In this document: positions 17,234-27,694 of the stretch, one piece after another
Layout of the letters: each line of letters begins with the position of its first letter
Position numbering within the stretch: the stretch's first letter is position 1
Assembly: GCF_051876455.1 (NCBI RefSeq)
Contig: NZ_JBJEHW010000093.1
Coordinates: forward strand, 1-53,151
Source: Parafannyhessea sp.
GTDB taxonomy: Bacteria; Actinomycetota; Coriobacteriia; Coriobacteriales; Atopobiaceae
Direction of reading: 5' to 3'
Length of the DNA stretch: 53,151 bases
Translations under genes and position numbers: made by a program
Notes under the pieces: model-generated
What the model saw: the letters and a program-made list of their open reading frames with translations, nothing else
What the model was told of the DNA's origin: nothing
Databases searched by the model: none

Positions 17234-20185
17234 ATGGCAGAGGCCGAAACGGCGCAGGGAGGGGCGACTCTGGAGTCGCTCCTCCTTCCTGGTACACCAG
17301 AATCGATAAGGAAGCGGTACTTCTCGCTCGCGGAACGTGCGAAGAAGGCCGACTTTGGTCCCCTTGAGGACGACATAGTCGTTTTGGACACGGAGACTAC
17401 GGGGCTTTCCTTTAGGGATTGCGACCTCATCGAGATCGCGGCGGCGAGAATCTCCGAGGGAAAGGTATCCGAGAGGTTCCAGACGTACGTGCATCCGGGA
17501 GGGCCCATCCCCAAGGAGATAACCGCGCTTACGCACATTCGCGACGTGGACGTTGCGGATGCCCCCGAGGCCCCCGAGGCCGTTGCCATGCTGGCCGATT
17601 TTGTGGGTGGGGCACCGATCCTGGCGCACAACGCGACGTTTGACAGGACGTTTATCGAGCGTACGCCCGGCGGCAGGGACGTGACAGACAACTGGATCGA
17701 CACGCTGGCGCTTTCAAGGATCGCGCTGCCGCGGCTGAGCTCGCACAGACTGTCCGACATGGCGCAGGCATTTGGCTGCGACTCCGTGACGCACCGGGCG
17801 AACGCCGACGTCGAGGCGCTGTGCGGGATGTGGCGCATCATCCTGCTGGGGCTGAGCGACCTTCCCGAGGGACTGCTGACGCTTCTTGCCCAGATGCATG
17901 ATGACGTTGACTGGGAGTTCAGGCCAATCATCAGGCATCTTGCACTTGAGCGCGAGGATGAGGACACGTCCTTCTCGCTCAAGGCGCTGAGGCACGAGCT
18001 TCTGAGGGAGGTTGTGGCGCAGCCAAGGCAGGACGCGGCGGAGAAGGCCGACGACCTCAAGGCGATGAGCCGCGACGAGGTTGAGGCCGCGTTTGCGCCA
18101 GGCGGGTCCGTGTCAAAGCTATATGACAGGTACGAGCCGAGGCCCGAGCAGGTCGAGATGGCGCTCGAGGTGAGGGACGCGCTGGCGACCTCGACGCACA
18201 GGTCCATCGAGGCGGGGACCGGCGTTGGGAAGTCCATGGCGTACCTGCTTCCCGAGGCCGCGTTCGCGAAGCGCAACGGCGTGACCGTGGGCGTGGCGAC
18301 GAAGAGCAACGCACTTACGGACCAACTGGTATCGCACGAGCTACCTGCGGTTTCGAAGGCGCTTGGCGGAATCACGTTCACGAGCCTGAAGGGGTACGAC
18401 CACTACCCCTGCCTGCACAGGCTTGACCTTGCTGTGAGAAACGACCTGCCGACCGAGTTGCTTTCCGATGCGACGAAGTCGCTCTCTGCCGTGGAGTCCG
18501 ACGTCCTGACGGCGATTGCGGTCACGTACGCGTATTGCTGCCAGTCGCCCGAGGGGGACCTGGACGCGCTCGGCATCAGGTGGCGCTACGTGCCGCGGGC
18601 CCTGCTCACGACCACGCCCGCCGAGTGCCTGCGCAGCAAGTGCCCGTACTTCCCCAACGAGTGCCTGGTGCATGGCGCGAGGAGGCGAGCCGCCTCAAGC
18701 GACGTCGTGGTCACCAACCACTCGCTCCTGCTGCGCGACATCGAGATGGAGGGCAGGATACTGCCACCCATCCGCCATTGGGTGATAGACGAGGCGCATG
18801 GCTTTGAGTCCGAGGCGCGCAGACAGTGGGCAGTCGAGGTGTCCGGCGAGAAGACCCGCGCTGCCTTCGAGCTGCTGGGCGGTACCAAGAGCGGCGCCCT
18901 GCACAACGTGATGACGCATGCGGCGGGCCTTGAGGGCTCGACCCTGATCATAAGGCTTCTTACCAAGGCGGCTGCCGCAGCTGCGCGTGCCTCCGTCAGC
19001 ATGGGTGACGTGTTTGTGGCGCTGCACGACCTAGGCAGGGTCTCCGGCCCGAACGGAGCCTACGACAACACGACCCTCTGGATAGACGACGAGGTGAGGG
19101 AGACGCCGGAATGGGCGGCCCTGACCGAGACCGCGCAGGTGGCCGTCGACCGCCTGGAGGAGACGACCAAGGACATCGAGTCCGCCAGGACCGAGCTCGC
19201 GAAGACCGCGCCGCAGCTTGCCGCCGAGATTTCCGAGGCGGGAAGGTTCCTGACAGAGCTGCTCGATTCCCTCAAACTCATCATGGACGGCAGGAACGAG
19301 GCCTACGTCTACTCCGCGCAGATATCGCGCAGGAAAAAGGACATGGGCTCCGACATGCTTCACGCCGAGAAGCTCGACATTGGCGCCGACCTCGGCGAGA
19401 AGTGGCTTCCCGAGATGATGAGCGTGGTGTTCACCTCCGCGACGATCGCGGTGGGAAAGAGCTTCGAGCACTTTGACCATGCTGTCGGACTCGACAGGCT
19501 AGACGCGTCGATGCACAAGGACGTGCGCCTTGCCTCGAGCTTCGACTACGACAGGAACATGTCCGTGATCGTTGCGAAGGACATGCCGCAGCCGAGCGAC
19601 CCGCGGTACATCGAGCGCCTGGCAGACCTTCTGTACGACGTCCACGTCGCGATGGACGGGTCCGTGCTCACGCTGTTCACGAACCGCAGGGACATGGAGG
19701 GCGTGTACGAGATACTGAAGCCAAGGCTGGATGCGGCCGGGCTTTCGCTCATCTGTCAGGAGAGGGGTTCTTCTCCCCGGCGCATAAGGGAAAGCTTCCT
19801 GCGAGACAGGAGCTCGTCGCTGCTGGCGCTCAAGTCGTTCTGGGAGGGGTTCGACGCCACGGGCGAGACGCTGCGCTGCGTCGTGATCCCCAAGCTGCCG
19901 TTTGCGAGCCCGCGCGACCCGCTCGTTCGCGAGCGCGACCGCCGCGAGCAGCGTGCATGGTGGCGCTACTCGCTCCCCGAGGCGGTCATCGAGGTCAAGC
20001 AGGCAGCCGGAAGGCTGATCAGGACCGCCTCCGACAGCGGCATCCTGGTGCTGGCGGACTCGCGACTGGTGACGAAGCGCTATGGCAGGCAGTTCCTGAC
20101 GTCGCTCCCCAAGCCATCGGGCACCATGCTCGAGTGCGAGAACGTGAGCAGGTACATAGAGATGTGGCGAAAGTCACACGAGTAG
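17234..20185 (+). CDS. dinG: DEDDh 3'-5' exonuclease fused to DinG-family helicase
   Basis: LDTETTG, AHNATFD, HRANADV; EAGTGVGKS, IDEAH, TSAT, SFWEGFD, QAAGRLIR; Cys cluster. Confidence 0.9.
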   Translation: MAEAETAQGGATLESLLLPGTPESIRKRYFSLAERAKKADFGPLEDDIVVLDTETTGLSFRDCDLIEIAAARISEGKVSERFQTYVHPGGPIPKEITALTHIRDVDVADAPEAPEAVAMLADFVGGAPILAHNATFDRTFIERTPGGRDVTDNWIDTLALSRIALPRLSSHRLSDMAQAFGCDSVTHRANADVEALCGMWRIILLGLSDLPEGLLTLLAQMHDDVDWEFRPIIRHLALEREDEDTSFSLKALRHELLREVVAQPRQDAAEKADDLKAMSRDEVEAAFAPGGSVSKLYDRYEPRPEQVEMALEVRDALATSTHRSIEAGTGVGKSMAYLLPEAAFAKRNGVTVGVATKSNALTDQLVSHELPAVSKALGGITFTSLKGYDHYPCLHRLDLAVRNDLPTELLSDATKSLSAVESDVLTAIAVTYAYCCQSPEGDLDALGIRWRYVPRALLTTTPAECLRSKCPYFPNECLVHGARRRAASSDVVVTNHSLLLRDIEMEGRILPPIRHWVIDEAHGFESEARRQWAVEVSGEKTRAAFELLGGTKSGALHNVMTHAAGLEGSTLIIRLLTKAAAAAARASVSMGDVFVALHDLGRVSGPNGAYDNTTLWIDDEVRETPEWAALTETAQVAVDRLEETTKDIESARTELAKTAPQLAAEISEAGRFLTELLDSLKLIMDGRNEAYVYSAQISRRKKDMGSDMLHAEKLDIGADLGEKWLPEMMSVVFTSATIAVGKSFEHFDHAVGLDRLDASMHKDVRLASSFDYDRNMSVIVAKDMPQPSDPRYIERLADLLYDVHVAMDGSVLTLFTNRRDMEGVYEILKPRLDAAGLSLICQERGSSPRRIRESFLRDRSSSLLALKSFWEGFDATGETLRCVVIPKLPFASPRDPLVRERDRREQRAWWRYSLPEAVIEVKQAAGRLIRTASDSGILVLADSRLVTKRYGRQFLTSLPKPSGTMLECENVSRYIEMWRKSHE

Positions 20186-22165
20186 CGAGCTGGCGTAGTC
20201 GCGTACCGCCCCGCAGAGGGCAGCGTCCGAGATGGCGATGGCATTTCCGCAGGCAGAAAGCCTGCGGAGAAGCCAGTTGCCGCCAAAGTAGGCGCAGCGC
20301 GCGAGCACGTGGCCCGACGGGAGCGCCGTGAAGCTGGTCTTGTTCCAGTGGAAGGTATCCGCAAGACTTGGGTCTAGAAGTACGAAGGTGACCTGCCTGG
20401 GGGCGCTCGCCTCGGGTGCGAGCGACGGTGGATCGATGCGGGCGTCCTCGCGCACTGGCCGCAGGTTGGACATGCGATCGAGCCTGAACGTCCTCGCGCC
20501 GTTGCGCGAGAGGTCGAAGGCCTCCAGGTACCAGGAACCGTTGTCGTGATCGACACCGTGCGGCATGACCATCCTGCGCGAGGCCTGGTTGGAGAGCGAC
20601 GAGGTGTAGTCGAAGCACAGGTCCTGGTTTCTTGCGATTGCCTGCGAGCAGGTGCGCAGGGCCTCTGCCTCAGAATCCGCCACGCCCGACTTTGGGGAGA
20701 CGTCCCTTGGCAGGTCGTCTTGCAGGGGTCTTGCGACAAGCCCCCGTGCGAGCTTTGCGAACAGGGGGTCATCGGGCGTGACACCCGCGTGGCCAAGCGC
20801 GGAGATGAGTGCCGCGGACTCCGTCCTGGTGAGCCGGAGCGGCTTGCCCACGAGCGTGCGGAACATGAGGACAGTCTCGCTCATGTCATCCGCGGGCAGC
20901 AACGGAAGCCTGTAGAGGCTCTTGTCATCAGAGGCATCGGCAAGCATGCTGAGCAGGTGCTTTGCATGGTCGAGGCTGCATCCGAGGCGCTGCGCGACGA
21001 CGTTGGCACTGATGGTCGAGCCCTCGCGGTCGAGCGCGCCGACAAGCGCGGAGAGCTGGCGGGCCTCGAGCAGACCGCCCTTGCGGCCCCGGCGCCCCGT
21101 CCTTCTCGCCCGTGCATCCGCATTGGCGGCGGGCTCCTCCGTGGCGGTGGGCTGGAGCGATGCGGCTGCGGAGAGTCTGCTTTTGTAGATATCTGCAAGC
21201 GTCGAGGGTGACTGCGGGACGAGCCCGACGTCGATGGCCCATGCCGCGGCGACGTCCTGGTTGGACACGTCCACGGTCCAGGTGCGACCGTCTTTGGAGA
21301 GGCTGCCGTACGAGGAGATCGCCCGACGCGCCTCTGGCGTGAGGGCCTGGTCGGTCTGGGGCTGGGACACGATGAAGTCTGCCGTGCAGACGACGGGCCC
21401 AAGCTGGAAGGGCAGCCTGATGTAGTCGTTTACGGAGAAGTCCGCAGGTATCTGGTAGGTATGCGATGCCAGGGGCTTGACCTTGCCAAAGCGGTCGAGC
21501 CTGAAGGTGCGCGGGCTGCCGGATAGCTGCCTGGTGCCGCGGTCGTAGTCGCAGGCCACGAAGTACGTGCTGCCCCTCATGCCAAAGGAGCCGAGCAGCG
21601 CGAGGGTGTAGTTCTTCTCGCCCGCGCCCCTTGCCTGGTAGGAGGCCGTTATGGGGTGCCGGTTCTGGAGCGCGCCCACGAGGTCTGCGAGGCGGACGTC
21701 GAAGGAGCCGGGCTCGCCTGCGTCGCGGGACGCGACGACCGTCGTGTAGCTGCGGTTTACCTTTGCGAGCGCAAGCGTGAGCTCGTCGCGGTAGGGAAAC
21801 GAGGGATCGTTTGCCAGCGGCATGCAGACGACGTCGATGAGGGTCGCGTCCTCGAGGGAGAGGCCCGGGTCCGTTGCGAACGTGGCGTCAGTGTCGACGT
21901 CCCAGAGCGCGCCATCGGCCGTACGGTCGACCTCGCGGACCACGATTCCGCAGGTCGCAAGGCTCTTGCGGTCGCGCTGGAACTTCTTTGCGAACGCGTC
22001 CTCGGACATGTCCGCATAGTAGAGGTCGCGCAGCTCGCCGGTGGAAAGCGGCTTCTTGCTGTTGGAGAGGCAGATCATGAGCGAGGTGAGGCGAAGCGCC
22101 TGGAGGTCGTCGCTGTTGCGCTCCTCGTATGAGAACGACCCTTCATCCCAGTTGTCTGCTGCCAT
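20174..22165 (-). CDS. Tandem HTH-WYL-WCX regulator (fused PafBC-like)
   Basis: PafB-like HTH (AFAKKFQRDRKSL); two WYL modules (TYFVACD..RTFRLDRF; WYLEAFDLSRNGARTFRLDRM). Confidence 0.85.
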   Translation of the reverse strand: MAADNWDEGSFSYEERNSDDLQALRLTSLMICLSNSKKPLSTGELRDLYYADMSEDAFAKKFQRDRKSLATCGIVVREVDRTADGALWDVDTDATFATDPGLSLEDATLIDVVCMPLANDPSFPYRDELTLALAKVNRSYTTVVASRDAGEPGSFDVRLADLVGALQNRHPITASYQARGAGEKNYTLALLGSFGMRGSTYFVACDYDRGTRQLSGSPRTFRLDRFGKVKPLASHTYQIPADFSVNDYIRLPFQLGPVVCTADFIVSQPQTDQALTPEARRAISSYGSLSKDGRTWTVDVSNQDVAAAWAIDVGLVPQSPSTLADIYKSRLSAAASLQPTATEEPAANADARARRTGRRGRKGGLLEARQLSALVGALDREGSTISANVVAQRLGCSLDHAKHLLSMLADASDDKSLYRLPLLPADDMSETVLMFRTLVGKPLRLTRTESAALISALGHAGVTPDDPLFAKLARGLVARPLQDDLPRDVSPKSGVADSEAEALRTCSQAIARNQDLCFDYTSSLSNQASRRMVMPHGVDHDNGSWYLEAFDLSRNGARTFRLDRMSNLRPVREDARIDPPSLAPEASAPRQVTFVLLDPSLADTFHWNKTSFTALPSGHVLARCAYFGGNWLLRRLSACGNAIAISDAALCGAVRDYASSLLV

Positions 22166-22310
22166 GAGCGCGACTCCCTACGACCCGTGTTGCCCTTCCG
22201 CGCACCAATATAAGGTAGGTTATGCGCGTTTGGGAAACGCGGGGACATAAGACGTATACTTTGACGATGGAGTAGTAGCGGATTTGGTTGTCTTGGCAAA
22301 GGACAATAGC

Positions 22311-25300
22311 ATGGCGACAACGCGCACCTATCTTGATTATCTTGACGAGAAGATCGATATCTCGCCCGCTAATAGCCAGGAGGAGCTCGATGCAGCGGAG
22401 CTGATTGGCTCCCTTATGGAAGAGCACGGACTCGACGTCCAGATGCAGGAGTTTGACGCCCCGTCGCAGGGTGACCTCGCACACAATGTGCTTTACATCG
22501 TTATGTTTGTTGGCATTCTTCTGGCGGGATTCCTCTCCACGTGGGCGGGAGTCCTGGGGCTCATCCTCGTGGCGGTTTCGTTTGTCTTCCTGGCACTTGC
22601 GTATGCGGGACACGACGTCCTGGCGAACCTTGGCCCGCGCGGCAGGAGCCAGAACGTCATAGGCGTCCACCGCGCGTCCGGCCCGCTTGTGATGAAGGGC
22701 AACCGCCCCATCGTGATCGTGGCTCACTACGACAGCCCCAACGAGGACCTGCTGAGCCACCCGGGGATCTCCGCGTACCAGCCCATGATCAGGCGCGCCA
22801 CGTTTGTGTGCAGCGTGATCGTTCCGCTGTGCGCGCTCTTCCAGCTGCTGGTGTTTCTGCCGGAAGGCTTTAGGCGCATCTTCTGGATCGTTGGAATCCT
22901 GGCGTCGCTCCCGCTGCTTCTGGTGGGAGTCTCCGCAATCTACCAGAGGTTTGCCCCCTGCACCACGGGCGCGAGCGACAACAAGTCCTCGCTTGCGGCG
23001 ATGCTGGGCGTGATGGACATGGTTGCCCCGCACGACGACGCCGCCAAGCGCTACGTCGCACTCCACCCCCGCAGGCAGGAGCAGATGGCGTACGACCAGC
23101 CCGCCCCCGAGGACGGCGCGGACCAGTACTATGCCGCGGCGGCCGCCGAGGGCCAGCAGCCCGAGGGCATGGCGCCGCAGGAGGCACCCGCCGGCTACGA
23201 GGAGGGGCAGTTCTTCTCGCCCGAGGGCGCGCCGGCGAACGGTGCGGCGACGGACATGCCGTACGCCGAGCAGGGTGCCCAGGAGCAGTACGCGCAGCCG
23301 CAGGAGTATGACGCCGCCCAGCAGTACGCGCCCGAGCAGGGTCAGTACTATGAGCCCTATGAGTCTGGTACCGAGGCGCCGGCATACGACGGCGAGGGAC
23401 AGGCGACTCCCGCGGGCGAGGGTGCGGAGCAGTATGGCGAGAAGGGCGAGGCGCCGTACGAGGAACAGCCTCAGACGGCGCCCGTGGACGAGACGATCGT
23501 GCGCGAGTCGGCCGTTCCCGTCGAACGCGAGCAGGCTTCCACGGAGCAGCCGCAGGGCGACGGTCACCCGGCGTCGAAGGCGGCGGGCCTTGCCGGGTTC
23601 TTCCGTAAGGCTGCCGACAGCGTGACGGAACGCGTGCAGGGATTCCGCAAGGGCAACGCCGAGCGTAGCAACGCGGTTTCGACTGCTGCCGGCGAGGCCG
23701 GTGCTCCCTCGGCGTCCGAGCGTGGATTTGCCGAGGACGGGTTCGCGACGAGCGGGCAGCAGGCGACAGGCAACCGCGAGGACGAGCCGACCGCCGGCGC
23801 CGCCGGTACCAACCGTGGTGACGTGACGGGTGCCCACGACGTGAGGACGCGCTCCGGCCAGCGGCTTGAGGACATCATCCCCGAGGTTGGGGAGAACCCG
23901 TTTGACGGCAACGTCCGTCGCGGCCCCGACTTTGTGGGCAGCCTGAACATCCTGCCGACCGACTGCGAGATCGTGTACGACAACCCGCCGCGTCCGAAGC
24001 CCGACCTGACGAAGCTTCCCCAGGTGCCAGAGATTCCCGACTTCGAGAAGGAGTACGAGGAGAAGTACGCACACCTGTATGAGCAGGGCGCGGAGGCCGC
24101 TCCTCAGGAGGAGCGGGGCTACGAGCCTGCCGAGCACGTGGCGACCGACGGCAGCCAGCCGCAAGACGTCGTGTACGAGCCGTACGACCCCGCGGCCTCC
24201 GTGGACGAGACGAACGTGAACCCGTACATGGTCCAGGAGCATCCGACCGTCGACTACATACATTATGTGACGTACGACGAGCAGTACCCGATAGTGGAGG
24301 AGTACGAGGTTCTGGAGGAGCCCAAGCCCGAGCCGACTCCGGAGCCCAAGCACGGACACATGGCGCCGGCGGCGCAGTCCGAGGACAACTCGGCGGCACA
24401 GGCGCCGACCGAGACCGAGATTCCGGCAGAGCCGCAGGAGCCAGAGGTCCCCGCGCAGCAGACAGATGACAGCGAGGACGCAGCCGCCGCTGCGGCAGCC
24501 GAGGCGCTGTGGGGCACGCAGCCGAGCCAGCAGGCGGAGGCGCCCGCAGCCGAGCCTACCGATGACGCGCAGGCTGACGCCGACGCGCGTAAGTCGAAGC
24601 TGATCGACCTTCCGGAGATTGCTCCTACCACCGCGGCGCCCAACCAGGATGAGGCGCAGTCCGCCGCTGGCAGCACGGAGCCCGAGGGAACCCCCCAGGA
24701 CCAAGGCTCGACCAACGGTCCAGAGGACTACTACGTGCCCGTTGACGACGAGCCGGTTGCTCCGTACTACGAGGACGAGCCTGCAAACGAGGACGAGCCC
24801 GCGACTGAGCCCGCGCCCGAAGCGCGGGAAGCCGCGCCGGTGGAGGCCTCGGCTGCAGATGCTACGAACGCGGGCGCCTCTGACGGCGATATGCGGGACA
24901 TGGCATATGCGCCGGCGGAGGACGAGGCGACTGCCGCAAGCGAAGAGGCATGGGAGACGATCTCGAGCAACGGGGCTCCCGTGGAAGATGCCGCCGAGTC
25001 CGAGCGCTCCGGCGAGAAGAGGCCTGGCTTCTTTAGCGGCCTGCGGGCAAAGCTTGCGTCTGCCTTTGGAAAGGGTGGCAAGAACGAGCGCTCGTCCTTC
25101 TCGCCCGAGGGGACGCAGCAGAACGAGAGCCTTGACTCGACCATGGACATGCCCGTCCTGGACATGAACGAGTACGAGCCCGCGAGTTCGTGGGATGACG
25201 AGCCGACCGAACCCGCGCCGGCCGTTGGCGACAGCGACGAGGCCGCGGCACCCTCGGACGAAACCGAAGAGGAAGCCACGCCCGCGCCGGAACAGCCGGC

Positions 25301-27644
25301 AGAGCCTACGGAGCCGACGGCAGGGGAGGAGCCCGCTCCCGCTGAGGGCGTGGAGTCCGAGCCGCAGCAAGCCGAGCCTGAGTATGCCGAACCCAAATCA
25401 GAGCCCGAACCAGAGCCGGACTATATAGAGTCCGATGCCGCGAGCTATCCCGACGCGTACGAGGAAGCTCCCGAGGAGCAGCCCGAGGACGAGGCTCCCA
25501 CGGTTGACGTGACGGAAGAGCCCGAGGCTGCGGCCCAACCCGAGCCTGCGGCCCAACCCGCGCCGGCGGCCGAACCGGATTGGGAGCCGACCCCCGCGGA
25601 GGAGGCTCCCTTGCAGGAGCCTGCGGAGGAGCCCGCTCCCGTCGAGCCGAGCGCACCGGCCGTCGAGCCTCGCGCGCCCAAGTACAACTACTTTGTGGAT
25701 GACACCCCCATCGTGGAGGACTACGAGGTCATAGGCGATTCGGGCGAGAAGAACGTGCCGCCTTCGCAGGAAGACAACGGATACAGGGACGCGTCTGATG
25801 GCGATGCCGCGGATGCCACGACCAAGCTCGGTACCGTCGACGACTACGCGTCGGATACGTACGAGGAGCTTGAGAGCACGGCGCACATGCGTCCCCTCAA
25901 GCGGACCGCGACGCTGAGGGACGAGTACACGGACAGGGTCGAGCCGATGCCCCGCGTGGGTGAGGAGGCCTCGCCCATCGAGCCCCTGTACGACGACGCG
26001 GAGCAGCCCGTTCCGGACAACGACCAGGCTGTTGAGCCGGAGGCGCCGACCGAGGAGCCCGAGCCCATGCCAGAGGCGGAGTCCGAGGAGGTCACGCCTC
26101 GCGAAGAGCCTGCAAGTCAGACGGCGGAGCCCGCTCCTGACGCGTCGGACCAGGTCGAGCCTGAGCCGGAGGCGACCGGGGATCAGGACGCCACGGACCC
26201 CGCTGCAGAGGCGATGTCCCACCTGAACTTTGCGCCAAACGAGGAGGTGCCGGAAAGCGAGCTGGAATCCAAGGACGCATCGGGGCTCGACGCGCCTGTG
26301 GACGATCCGGACGCCGCAAGGCAGGAGAAGGTTCCCGAGCCTCGTCCCATCGACGATCCCAACTGGGGTCGCAGCGAGTACCGGCCCGAGGCCAGCTCCA
26401 TCGCGCGCCGCGCGGTGCTGTTCGACCTGCCCGACCCAAGCGAGTCCTCGAGCGACCCGTTTGCATCTGGTCCGCTTGACGGTGCCAAGAAGGCCGCCAA
26501 CGCCGGACGCACGCCCGTTGGCGCCGGCGCGGAGCGCGCCGAGTCCGGCCCCGTTGGCACGCGAGAGCCGATTGGCCTGGTAAAGGGGGCACAGCCCATG
26601 CAGAACGAGGCCATGCGCTTTAGCGTCGACCGCAACAGGAAGAAGGCCCCGACCCATCACAAGGTGAAGCTTCCCAACCTGTTTGGAGGCCGTCCCAAGA
26701 AGCTCGACCCAAGCGAGGGACAGGAATCCATGAGCGAGTGGCTTGGCGTCGAGGAGGACTACGACGCCAAGAAGGACGGCCGCAAGATTGGCGACTGGGA
26801 CCACTTCAACGAGCCCGACGAGGGCGAGGGCGAGAAGAACCAGCGCAAGGGTAGCTGGAAGGGCGGTGCCACGACGCGAGCCGGCTTCAGGGTCGTCGAG
26901 GGTGATGCGCCCGACGGCGCGAATCCCGCCCAGGGCGACGTGCCTGCCGACGGACAGTACGAGGACCAGCCCTACGATCAGCAGCCCCAGCAGGATGCCG
27001 ACGCACCCGCGGAGGCAGAGGGCTACGACCTGTACGGAACCCCGACCGAGCAGCCCGAGGCCGCTGGCCAGAACTGGGACGACCCTGCCTACCAGCAGGA
27101 GGCTTACCAGCAGGGGGCCTATCAGCAGAATGGCCAGATGCCGCCCGAGCCGACGCAGGAGGACCTGCGCCAGGCGGTGCTGGGCATGAGCGACGACGAG
27201 CTCCTCGCGCACGACATCTACTTCGTGGCGCTTGGCGCCTCCGCCAAGGACCATGCGGGCATGAAGCACTTCCTGGCGGACCACCGCCGCGACATCAGGG
27301 GTGCCTTCCTGGTGAACCTTGACTCCATCGGCGCGGGCGACCTCGTGTTCCTCACGCACGAGGGTAGGACCAACACGCGCAGGGCCGACAGGCGCATGGG
27401 AAGAATGCTCCTCAACATCGCCAAGGACCTCCACATCCCGCTCGGCCGCGCGAAGCACGACTGGGGCGAGACGGACGCGACGCTCGCGATGCAGAACTCC
27501 GTGCGAGCAGCCACGCTCATGGGCGTGGGCCCCGGCGGCGTACCCGCGCTTTCCGCAACGTCCGAGGACGTTCCCGAGAACGTGAACCCCGCCCAGGTGG
27601 TCGACGTGACCGACCTGATCGCGGAGCTCATACGCCGCTCGTAG
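22311..27644 (+). CDS. Membrane protein with M28 peptidase fold split by a very large acidic low-complexity insert
   Basis: SQNVIG, IVAHYDS, GASDNKSS in N-part with about 4 TM segments; IYFVALGA, NLDSIGAG, ETDA in C-part; E/P/A/D/Q-rich middle. Confidence 0.85.
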   Translation: MATTRTYLDYLDEKIDISPANSQEELDAAELIGSLMEEHGLDVQMQEFDAPSQGDLAHNVLYIVMFVGILLAGFLSTWAGVLGLILVAVSFVFLALAYAGHDVLANLGPRGRSQNVIGVHRASGPLVMKGNRPIVIVAHYDSPNEDLLSHPGISAYQPMIRRATFVCSVIVPLCALFQLLVFLPEGFRRIFWIVGILASLPLLLVGVSAIYQRFAPCTTGASDNKSSLAAMLGVMDMVAPHDDAAKRYVALHPRRQEQMAYDQPAPEDGADQYYAAAAAEGQQPEGMAPQEAPAGYEEGQFFSPEGAPANGAATDMPYAEQGAQEQYAQPQEYDAAQQYAPEQGQYYEPYESGTEAPAYDGEGQATPAGEGAEQYGEKGEAPYEEQPQTAPVDETIVRESAVPVEREQASTEQPQGDGHPASKAAGLAGFFRKAADSVTERVQGFRKGNAERSNAVSTAAGEAGAPSASERGFAEDGFATSGQQATGNREDEPTAGAAGTNRGDVTGAHDVRTRSGQRLEDIIPEVGENPFDGNVRRGPDFVGSLNILPTDCEIVYDNPPRPKPDLTKLPQVPEIPDFEKEYEEKYAHLYEQGAEAAPQEERGYEPAEHVATDGSQPQDVVYEPYDPAASVDETNVNPYMVQEHPTVDYIHYVTYDEQYPIVEEYEVLEEPKPEPTPEPKHGHMAPAAQSEDNSAAQAPTETEIPAEPQEPEVPAQQTDDSEDAAAAAAAEALWGTQPSQQAEAPAAEPTDDAQADADARKSKLIDLPEIAPTTAAPNQDEAQSAAGSTEPEGTPQDQGSTNGPEDYYVPVDDEPVAPYYEDEPANEDEPATEPAPEAREAAPVEASAADATNAGASDGDMRDMAYAPAEDEATAASEEAWETISSNGAPVEDAAESERSGEKRPGFFSGLRAKLASAFGKGGKNERSSFSPEGTQQNESLDSTMDMPVLDMNEYEPASSWDDEPTEPAPAVGDSDEAAAPSDETEEEATPAPEQPAEPTEPTAGEEPAPAEGVESEPQQAEPEYAEPKSEPEPEPDYIESDAASYPDAYEEAPEEQPEDEAPTVDVTEEPEAAAQPEPAAQPAPAAEPDWEPTPAEEAPLQEPAEEPAPVEPSAPAVEPRAPKYNYFVDDTPIVEDYEVIGDSGEKNVPPSQEDNGYRDASDGDAADATTKLGTVDDYASDTYEELESTAHMRPLKRTATLRDEYTDRVEPMPRVGEEASPIEPLYDDAEQPVPDNDQAVEPEAPTEEPEPMPEAESEEVTPREEPASQTAEPAPDASDQVEPEPEATGDQDATDPAAEAMSHLNFAPNEEVPESELESKDASGLDAPVDDPDAARQEKVPEPRPIDDPNWGRSEYRPEASSIARRAVLFDLPDPSESSSDPFASGPLDGAKKAANAGRTPVGAGAERAESGPVGTREPIGLVKGAQPMQNEAMRFSVDRNRKKAPTHHKVKLPNLFGGRPKKLDPSEGQESMSEWLGVEEDYDAKKDGRKIGDWDHFNEPDEGEGEKNQRKGSWKGGATTRAGFRVVEGDAPDGANPAQGDVPADGQYEDQPYDQQPQQDADAPAEAEGYDLYGTPTEQPEAAGQNWDDPAYQQEAYQQGAYQQNGQMPPEPTQEDLRQAVLGMSDDELLAHDIYFVALGASAKDHAGMKHFLADHRRDIRGAFLVNLDSIGAGDLVFLTHEGRTNTRRADRRMGRMLLNIAKDLHIPLGRAKHDWGETDATLAMQNSVRAATLMGVGPGGVPALSATSEDVPENVNPAQVVDVTDLIAELIRRS

Positions 27645-27694
27645 GCACTGGATTCGACTTGGAAGGCAACCGCAAGCGTAGGGAAGGGCAGGCC

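Noticed and set aside
20174-22310. Mycobacterial PafBC promoter motif TGTCGG-N10-TA-N3-T
   Set aside because: The TGTCGG occurrences I checked in or near intergenic regions lack the correctly spaced TA
22143-25370. 1075-aa minus-strand ORF and other long antisense or alternate-frame ORFs (e.g. 25398-27701, 38120-40009, 3304-4974, 50362-52026)
   Set aside because: Shadows of real genes caused by high GC3 codon bias; no motifs, and they fully overlap well-supported genes
25527-25561. Short tandem duplication (AAQPEP/AAQPAP)
   Set aside because: Ordinary low-complexity coding repeat; not a CRISPR or mobile repeat
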